This document shows, in pieces, positions 57,849 through 64,000 of a stretch of DNA of 64,000 nucleotides (position 1 is its first letter; the number at the start of each line of letters is the position of its first letter). The stretch is from a virus (Duplodnaviria; Caudoviricetes), in the IMG/VR virus record IMGVR_UViG_3300043464_001162, positions 1 through 64,000 of that record. One strand, given 5' to 3'. The translations under genes and the position numbers were made by a program. Under the pieces are notes generated by a model, which worked only from the letters and a program-made list of their open reading frames with translations, had not been told where the DNA came from and did not search any database.

Positions 57849-58966
57849 TGGAGGATAACAAAGATATATTAAAAAAATATGTTTGTGAAATGCCATTTAT
57901 GTATAGTGATGTACAATGGTTATCACAATTTGTATGTTGCCCTTCTTGGGCCCCACAAACAATTAGAGTCCACGAAGATGGTAGAGAGAAATGGTCACCC
58001 ATAGATGAGAGTGATGATGTTATGAGAAATTGGACATCACCACAAGCACAAGATATTCGTAAATCGGTATTGGATGGTAGTTACAAATATTGCAATCATA
58101 CAGTATGTCCAAGACTAAATGAATTAATCAACACAGGTAGAAAACCATATCTTTTTAAAGAAATAGATGAATTTAGAGAAGTTTATAATATACATACGGA
58201 AGAAGATATTATAAATTATAAAACACCTCCTGAAGAAATACTTTTTGGATTTGACAGAAGTTGTAATTTAAAATGTCCATCTTGTAGAGTTAATTTAATA
58301 CCAAATGATGATTTAGAATCACTAGAACATAAAGCAAAACTACATTTATTAAAATCAATCGAAGATAATTTTGCAAGTGGGCTAAAACGAATAATGGTTA
58401 CTGGAAGTGGTGACCCATTTTATTCAAAAATATACAGAGATTACTTAATTAATTTTGATATAAAAAAATATCCTAAATTAGAACAACTGCAAATAATTAC
58501 AAATGGTAATTTGTTAGATGAAAAATTGTGGAATCAAATGAAAGCAACTCCTTACATTAAAACAATAGAAATTAGTATAGATGCAGCTACTAAAGATACT
58601 TATGAAAATAAAACAAGACTAAATGGTAATTGGGATAGATTGATAAATAACTTAAAATTTTTATCAACTCAAGGACATATAATAGAAGAATTTGTTTGTT
58701 CAATGGTTGTTAGTAAACAAAATTACAAAGAGATGTATGATTTTTACGAATTAATATCTAATATATTTAAAAATTCTAATTTTAAATGGGGAATATCTAT
58801 AAATTATAGACAGATAGTAGATTGGGGAACATATTCTGCAGAAGATTTAAAAGAATTGCAAATATTTAATGAAGACCACACTTTATTTAATGAATTTTTA
58901 CAAGAACTAAATAAAATACATAATAGAAAATATGTAAATCATAATTTTCACCACTTAATAAATTAA
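57848..58966 (+). CDS. Radical SAM protein, paralog of 440..1498
   Basis: CCPSW, FDRSCNLKCPSCR, GSGDPF, IKTIEISIDA and WGTYS all shared with 440..1498; GTG start. Confidence 0.88.
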   Translation: MEDNKDILKKYVCEMPFMYSDVQWLSQFVCCPSWAPQTIRVHEDGREKWSPIDESDDVMRNWTSPQAQDIRKSVLDGSYKYCNHTVCPRLNELINTGRKPYLFKEIDEFREVYNIHTEEDIINYKTPPEEILFGFDRSCNLKCPSCRVNLIPNDDLESLEHKAKLHLLKSIEDNFASGLKRIMVTGSGDPFYSKIYRDYLINFDIKKYPKLEQLQIITNGNLLDEKLWNQMKATPYIKTIEISIDAATKDTYENKTRLNGNWDRLINNLKFLSTQGHIIEEFVCSMVVSKQNYKEMYDFYELISNIFKNSNFKWGISINYRQIVDWGTYSAEDLKELQIFNEDHTLFNEFLQELNKIHNRKYVNHNFHHLIN

Positions 58967-58967
58967 T

Positions 58968-59510
58968 ATGAGTACACCACAATTTTCACCATATAAGGAT
59001 GAATTAACAAAAGCAATGACATTCCTTGCAGAAAAGGAAGATACAATTTTTATAGGTCAACAAATAGTTTACGCGGGAAATCCAATGAGCACAACCTTAA
59101 CGGAAGTACCAAAGGAAAAAATGATTGAAGTTCCTGTTATGGAAGAAACACAAATGGGTATGAGTTTAGGACTTGCAATGACCGGTAAATCGGTTATTAC
59201 ATTTTATCCTCGTTGGGACTTTTTAGTATCAGCTGCAAACCAATTAATAAACCATGCTGACAAATTTGAACATATGACTGATAAAAAAGTTAATATTATC
59301 ATTAGAGTTGGAGTAGGAAGTAAAGACCCATTAGACCCAGGTATCCAACATAGAAACGATTATACACAAGAATTTAAATCTATATTGCAATTCACAAAAG
59401 TACATGAATTAAAATCTTATGAAGATATTTATAACATATACACAAATGCTTATAACGAAGGTGGTGTTCATATTATTGTTGAATGGCCTGAATTATATTA
59501 TAAAAATTAA
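58968..59510 (+). CDS. ThDP-dependent E1 beta/transketolase pyrimidine-binding domain (stand-alone)
   Basis: FIGQ, PVMEETQMGMSLGLAMTG, NQLIN and GIQH motifs; no C-terminal domain. Confidence 0.85.
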   Translation: MSTPQFSPYKDELTKAMTFLAEKEDTIFIGQQIVYAGNPMSTTLTEVPKEKMIEVPVMEETQMGMSLGLAMTGKSVITFYPRWDFLVSAANQLINHADKFEHMTDKKVNIIIRVGVGSKDPLDPGIQHRNDYTQEFKSILQFTKVHELKSYEDIYNIYTNAYNEGGVHIIVEWPELYYKN

Positions 59511-59513
59511 ATT

Positions 59514-59642
59514 ATGATAAAAAAATTACCTATTATTTCTTTTTTTGTAAAATGGTATGAAAATTACAAAATGAAAAAGAAATTAAAGAAAAAACTAGAA
59601 GAACTTAAAAAAAGAGACCCATTTATTTATAAAAGTTTTTAA
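59514..59642 (+). CDS. Small basic 42-aa protein (not in ORF track)
   Basis: MIKKLPIISFFVKWYENYKMKKKLKKKLEELKKRDPFIYKSF*; exactly fills the gap between genes. Confidence 0.6.
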   Translation: MIKKLPIISFFVKWYENYKMKKKLKKKLEELKKRDPFIYKSF

Positions 59643-61064
59643 ATGAATAGAATAGTACTTGGGTATGATGTTATGACATATAATGGTGAACAACCAAATT
59701 GTCAAAACCCAAAATTTTTGAGCACAATCCATACCGCATCTGATTTTTATTTTTCTGACTCTTTAGAGTTTTTCTCAAAAAGATGGAATAATGAATGGGC
59801 CCTATATAATAGTAATCTATATAATAATTTTGCCGAAAAAAAATCAATATATGAGATAAAGCAAGATGCGAAAAAAAATCTAAATTATAGTTGGTTTTAT
59901 ATCGTAGAACCCTTTTCAAATTTGGAAAATTTCTTTGGCAATGGTTCTTTCTATAAAGATTTTTCTTTAAATGGTATTTCAAAAGTTGCATTAGACGAAA
60001 TAATAAATGGAAATGGTAATTTACTTATAAACTATATAATAGATGGAGGAACTGCATTTAGAGTAGAAAATTTCCAAAAAATTATAAATTATACAAAAGA
60101 AAACAATATACCAGATAATAAAGTATATTTTGTTTTTGCAGATTTTAAGTTAAAAGAAAATTTAGAAAAATTAGGAGCAAATTATAATGTAATTGATTAT
60201 AGTTACAATATGATTGCAAAGTCTCAAGAATTTAATAATACAATCAATATACCAAATTATTCATATTGGGGAAAGGGTTCTTATGAACCACAATTTGGTA
60301 CGATAGAGAATTCATATTCATCAGTTGCAACTTCCGAAGAATTTTTGGAAAGTATTGGAAAGGATAAAAAAGATTTCCTATTATTAAATAGACATTGGAA
60401 ATTACATAGATTATTTTTATTAAGCCAATTACATAAATTGGGACTTGAAAAAAGCTTAGTTTCTTGGGATAACAAATTTGCATATCAATTGCAAAGAGAA
60501 GCTTTTTTACAATATGATAATAACGAAGAATTTTTAAAATTAATCACAGAAACTTCATCATTGTTGGATATTCATGATTTAACAAAAATAGCAGGATTTG
60601 GATTTGAAAATAAAGACATATATTTAAACACATATTTAAGTATAGTAACGGAATCTGTCTTTTTGCAAGAAGATATTAATTTCCCAAGTGGATATCTTTC
60701 TGAAAAAATATGGAAACCAATTGGCCATTGCCAACCATTCATTTTAGCAGGGCCATCAAAATCATTACAACATATTAAAGAGAGATTTGGTTATAAAACA
60801 TTTCATCCATACATTGATGAAAGTTATGATTTAGTTGAAGATGATATGGAAAGACTTTATTTAATTCAAATAGAAATAGATAAATTTTCAAATAAATCAA
60901 AAGAAGAAAAAGACCAATTTTTAAATGATGTAAAAGACATTTGTGTTTATAATCAAAATTTATTTTTACAATATGGTCGTAATAGTTGGAAGTCATCATC
61001 AGAAAATACTGAAATGGAAAAAATCATAAATTTTTTAATGGATGGTAAAAAGAGTTTAATTTAG
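59643..61064 (+). CDS. Putative glycosyltransferase (GT10-like C-terminus), paralog 3
   Basis: LNR..K.HR...YLSIVTES...LSEKIWKPI...QPFI...GYKTFHPYIDESYD motifs. Confidence 0.55.
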   Translation: MNRIVLGYDVMTYNGEQPNCQNPKFLSTIHTASDFYFSDSLEFFSKRWNNEWALYNSNLYNNFAEKKSIYEIKQDAKKNLNYSWFYIVEPFSNLENFFGNGSFYKDFSLNGISKVALDEIINGNGNLLINYIIDGGTAFRVENFQKIINYTKENNIPDNKVYFVFADFKLKENLEKLGANYNVIDYSYNMIAKSQEFNNTINIPNYSYWGKGSYEPQFGTIENSYSSVATSEEFLESIGKDKKDFLLLNRHWKLHRLFLLSQLHKLGLEKSLVSWDNKFAYQLQREAFLQYDNNEEFLKLITETSSLLDIHDLTKIAGFGFENKDIYLNTYLSIVTESVFLQEDINFPSGYLSEKIWKPIGHCQPFILAGPSKSLQHIKERFGYKTFHPYIDESYDLVEDDMERLYLIQIEIDKFSNKSKEEKDQFLNDVKDICVYNQNLFLQYGRNSWKSSSENTEMEKIINFLMDGKKSLI

Positions 61065-61065
61065 G

Positions 61066-61074
61066 ATATTTATA
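61066..61074 (+). promoter_or_regulatory. Putative late promoter ATATTTATA
   Basis: Occupies the 13-nt intergenic gap before the ATG at 61078. Confidence 0.5.
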
Positions 61075-61077
61075 GGT

Positions 61078-63330
61078 ATGAATTCAGAAAATACTATGAT
61101 GGGATTGCCGGCAGGATATCCATCTAAATCACAAGTTGATAAAATAGAAAAGAAAAATAAAGAAATTCGTAAAAAATCAGATACGGATTCCGAATATGTC
61201 TACAATATTGTGGATGAAATTACGGATGATGTAAATAATTTTATAGATGAATATTTCGACCTACCCTTAAACGAATCATTACTTTTGGAAGGTGGTGCAG
61301 CGGGTCACTTAGCACATCCGTTTGAAGATGGTGATTTGACATTCAACGACATGAAGGAAATGATAAAGAGGGGGCTAGTAGGTGGGTTGGATAAGGAAGC
61401 ACCTGTTACTGAAAAATTAGACGGACAAAACATAGCATTCAGTTTTAAAGATGGTAAAATTATATTTGGTAGAAATAAAGGACATGTTAGAGATGGTGGT
61501 AAAAATGCATTAGATGTAAAAGGTATAACACAACAATTTGCAGGAAGAGGTGGCATTGAAAAGGCATTCGTTGGAGCTGCAGAAGATTTACAAAGTGCAA
61601 TTTCAAAATTAACACCACAACAAACTAAGAATATGTTTAAAAATGGTTCCAAATTTATGAGTTTGGAAATCATATTACCAGATACTCAAAATGTAATCCC
61701 ATATGGTAAGAGTGTATTAGTAATGCATGGTACTATTGAATATAACAAAGAAGGTGAACAAATAAATCGTTCCTCTACTGATGGTGAAGAATTTGCACAA
61801 GCAGTTCAAAAAGTAGGTGCAGATAAACAAAAAACATTTGGAATAGAAGGCCCAAAAGTAATAGCATTTAGTGATGCAGAAAGTTTGAAATATGCAAAAC
61901 TGGCAAAAGAATACAATTCTAACTTAAATGATATTGCAAAACAATATGGTCTAAATAGTAAATCTAAATTAGAAGACTATCGTAATAAATGGTGGCAGAG
62001 AAAAATAGATAGTGAAAACAAAGAATCAAATCTTAATCTTTCTCCTAAAGAAAAAAAAGGTTTAGTAAATAGATGGGCAAATGGTGATAAAACTTTTGGT
62101 GTAAAATCTTTTGATGATAATACTAAATCGGATTGGTTCAGAAACTTTGAAACAAACGAATTACAACAATCTCAAAAAGAAATGATTAAACCTATTGAGA
62201 ATATATTTCTTAATGCAGGTGCACAAACATTAAAACGAGTTAGTAATTTTTTATCAACCAATAGTCCAACTGCAGCTAAAGAATTAAAAAGAGATACACT
62301 TACTGCAATAAAAGCTATTAGAGATAGTAAAGACCCAGATAAGATTGCAAAACTTCAAAAAGAATTAGAAAGATTGGATAGTATTGGATTGGATAATTTA
62401 GTACCATCGGAAGGTGTAGTTTTTATGTATAATGGAAATCCATATAAATACACAGGAACTTTTGCACCTATAAACCAAATTCAAGGAACTTTCAAATTTG
62501 ATAAACCTGCAAAAAAAGAAGATAAGGTAGAGAAAAACGAAATAGCAATTTTCTCAGGTAGATTCCAACCATTTCATGCAGGACATTATAGTATCTATAA
62601 ATCATTAGTTGACAAATTTGGTAAAGATAATGTTTATATATCATCATCGAATATAACTGACCCTGTTAAATCTCCTTTTCCATTTAAAGATAAAAAGGCA
62701 ATAATGAATAAAATGTTTGGTATTCCAACAAGCAAAATTGTTCAGGTTAAAAATCCATATTCACCAGCTGAAATACTAAGTAAATACCCAGAGGATACAA
62801 AATATGTAACTGCAGTATCCGAAAAGGATGCAGAAAGATTGGAAATGGGTGGTAAATATTTCAAAAACTATGATAAAGTTCCTGACAATAAAAAGAAAGG
62901 ATATGAAGATGAGGGATATTATATAATTGCACCTGAAATGCAATTAAAAGTAAATAGAAAAAATATAAGTGGTACACAATTAAGAGCTACTTTTGGAAAT
63001 GATTTATTAACTACAAAAGAAAAGAAAGATATATTTAATCAAGTTTATCCAAAATTTGACAAAGATGTTTTTGCAAATATAGTAGCTACAACCAAAAAAG
63101 CAGAAGCATTAAAAAAATCAAAACAAGTTACCAAAGATACAGCTTTAAAATCAAAATTAAAATCATTAGACCCTAAAACTAAAAAGAAAGTACAAAAAGC
63201 TTTACAAACTAAAATTAAAAATCCTGTTACTGGAAATACAATATTAGTTAAATCTGCATTAAAATATGATGATAGTCAATCGGTAAAAAAACTTGCAGTT
63301 GGTCTAATAAAACAAGCTATGAAAAAATAA
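61078..63330 (+). CDS. Fusion of a ligase-like (KxDG) domain and a HIGH nucleotidyltransferase; possible head-packaged protein
   Basis: LLLEGGAAGHLAHP, TEKLDGQN, SEGVV; then SGRFQPFHAGH and ISGTQLR; C-terminal KIKNPVTGNTILVKSAL. Confidence 0.7.
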   Translation: MNSENTMMGLPAGYPSKSQVDKIEKKNKEIRKKSDTDSEYVYNIVDEITDDVNNFIDEYFDLPLNESLLLEGGAAGHLAHPFEDGDLTFNDMKEMIKRGLVGGLDKEAPVTEKLDGQNIAFSFKDGKIIFGRNKGHVRDGGKNALDVKGITQQFAGRGGIEKAFVGAAEDLQSAISKLTPQQTKNMFKNGSKFMSLEIILPDTQNVIPYGKSVLVMHGTIEYNKEGEQINRSSTDGEEFAQAVQKVGADKQKTFGIEGPKVIAFSDAESLKYAKLAKEYNSNLNDIAKQYGLNSKSKLEDYRNKWWQRKIDSENKESNLNLSPKEKKGLVNRWANGDKTFGVKSFDDNTKSDWFRNFETNELQQSQKEMIKPIENIFLNAGAQTLKRVSNFLSTNSPTAAKELKRDTLTAIKAIRDSKDPDKIAKLQKELERLDSIGLDNLVPSEGVVFMYNGNPYKYTGTFAPINQIQGTFKFDKPAKKEDKVEKNEIAIFSGRFQPFHAGHYSIYKSLVDKFGKDNVYISSSNITDPVKSPFPFKDKKAIMNKMFGIPTSKIVQVKNPYSPAEILSKYPEDTKYVTAVSEKDAERLEMGGKYFKNYDKVPDNKKKGYEDEGYYIIAPEMQLKVNRKNISGTQLRATFGNDLLTTKEKKDIFNQVYPKFDKDVFANIVATTKKAEALKKSKQVTKDTALKSKLKSLDPKTKKKVQKALQTKIKNPVTGNTILVKSALKYDDSQSVKKLAVGLIKQAMKK

Positions 63331-63397
63331 AAAATTATTTTTGATAGATTATTTTGATATATATAATATAAAGAAACAGTTATAAAAGTATAGAAAT

Positions 63398-64000
63398 ATG
63401 GCAAAAAGAAAAAGTTTTGATGAGAAATCAAAAGGGATGCACAAATCTCGTAAACTCATCATAGACACGGTTTTTGGAAGAACGGATAATAATCAAACTC
63501 ATTTTGGTTATGAAGGTGAGGTTGAACAAAAAAGAGAAGTAGGTGAAAGATGGGTTGACAACGATGGTAAAGAGTGGGAACAAAAAGAAGGTTTCAAAGT
63601 TGCAGTCACTCAAATGGACGATGTTAGACAATTTTTACAAAAGCTGAGTACATGTTCAGTTGAAGATTGTAAAACAGAAACATATAGTTCTGCAGACAAA
63701 AAACTAATTCGTAAAACAGGAATGTGTATAGTTTGTCTTGCAAAATTTGAACAAGGTTTAAAACAAGATGGAACATATCCTTTCTATGAAGATTATAAGA
63801 TAACAAGAAATAAACTTGCTTATGTTAGAGAATTGAAAGATAGATATGAAGAAGCTTTGGGTGGTATTAAAAAACAAATGGAAATTATCACCGAAGATGG
63901 TAGAACCGAAACTTGGACATGGGATGTGGATATTGAAAAAGTAAAACAAGATTTAAAAAAAGATATAGATGGTGCATATGATGCCATTGAATTATTAATA
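63398..64000 (+). CDS. Hypothetical protein with Cys4 motif, 3'-truncated by the window edge (not in ORF track)
   Basis: Frame is open from the ATG at 63398 to the end: MAKRKSFDEK...REVGERW...CSVEDC...CIVC... Confidence 0.8.
   Translation, partial: MAKRKSFDEKSKGMHKSRKLIIDTVFGRTDNNQTHFGYEGEVEQKREVGERWVDNDGKEWEQKEGFKVAVTQMDDVRQFLQKLSTCSVEDCKTETYSSADKKLIRKTGMCIVCLAKFEQGLKQDGTYPFYEDYKITRNKLAYVRELKDRYEEALGGIKKQMEIITEDGRTETWTWDVDIEKVKQDLKKDIDGAYDAIELLI

Noticed and set aside
49421-59510. Pyruvate dehydrogenase as an auxiliary energy-metabolism gene
   Set aside because: The subunits are truncated, no E2 or E3 is present in the window, and the context is NDP-sugar enzymes.
37919-61064. Host O-antigen/capsule locus captured or misassembled into the contig
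   Set aside because: There is no flippase, polymerase or priming transferase. The region has the same AT-rich style and phage promoter motifs, and it shares a paralog and the C-terminal tag with genes at 1-2501.
417-63949. Numerous 60-190 aa minus-strand ORFs in the track, and the + strand alternative-frame ORF 8525..8728
   Set aside because: They lie within long motif-bearing + strand genes, show no recognisable motifs and have shadow-ORF composition. Only 31300..31485 is largely intergenic and has its own upstream signals.
1-64000. CRISPR array, tRNA/rRNA genes, integrase or transposase
   Set aside because: No regularly spaced repeat-spacer array or such enzyme motifs were seen. Intergenic gaps are mostly too short and AT-rich for structured RNA genes. 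A tRNAscan/Infernal run was not possible.
1-64000. Giant eukaryotic virus (NCLDV) origin, suggested by the Mre11-Rad50 fusion, GT7s and P4H-like genes
   Set aside because: The gp25/gp6 baseplate genes, S74 tail fibre, sigma factor, peptide deformylase, operonic overlaps and Rho-independent terminators indicate a bacteriophage.
1-64000. Stop-codon reassignment as seen in some large Bacteroidota phages
   Set aside because: Genes are full length under code 11, and TAA, TGA and TAG all end genes right before the next start (for example TAG at 50059, 57848 and 61064).

Overview
The window is a segment of a large, very AT-rich lytic myovirus-type (jumbo-like) phage genome. Genes are densely packed, almost all on the + strand, use the standard code and show no obvious Shine-Dalgarno sites. 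Recurrent TTTG-N20-TATATT promoters point to a Bacteroidota host. Layout: (i) 1-2.5 kb, the end of a modification cassette (two 2OG-Fe(II) oxygenases, a radical SAM enzyme, a sulfotransferase); (ii) 2.5-9.4 kb, an HD hydrolase, Hsp20, a nucleotidyltransferase, peptide deformylase, a gp55-like sigma factor and a NodU-type carbamoyltransferase; (iii) 9.4-26.8 kb, a contractile-tail baseplate module; (iv) 26.8-31.5 kb, a T7 endonuclease I-like resolvase, a primase, a single-chain Mre11-Rad50 and a lone minus-strand RHH gene with helically phased repeats; (v) 31.6-37.9 kb, an S74-chaperone tail fibre and a Pro15/Cys-rich protein flanked by two prolyl-hydroxylase-like genes; (vi) 37.9-61 kb, a ~23 kb glycan synthesis and tailoring locus; (vii) a ligase-like/HIGH nucleotidyltransferase fusion. 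The best candidate new system, which is inference and not proven, is a phage-encoded virion post-translational modification pathway. It would combine hydroxylation and O-glycosylation with an unusual branched sugar, recurrent [ST]-[GAS]-S motifs in virion proteins, and a shared C-terminal K-x-L-I tag on many of the enzymes. All calls come from reading motifs by eye; no database searches were run.
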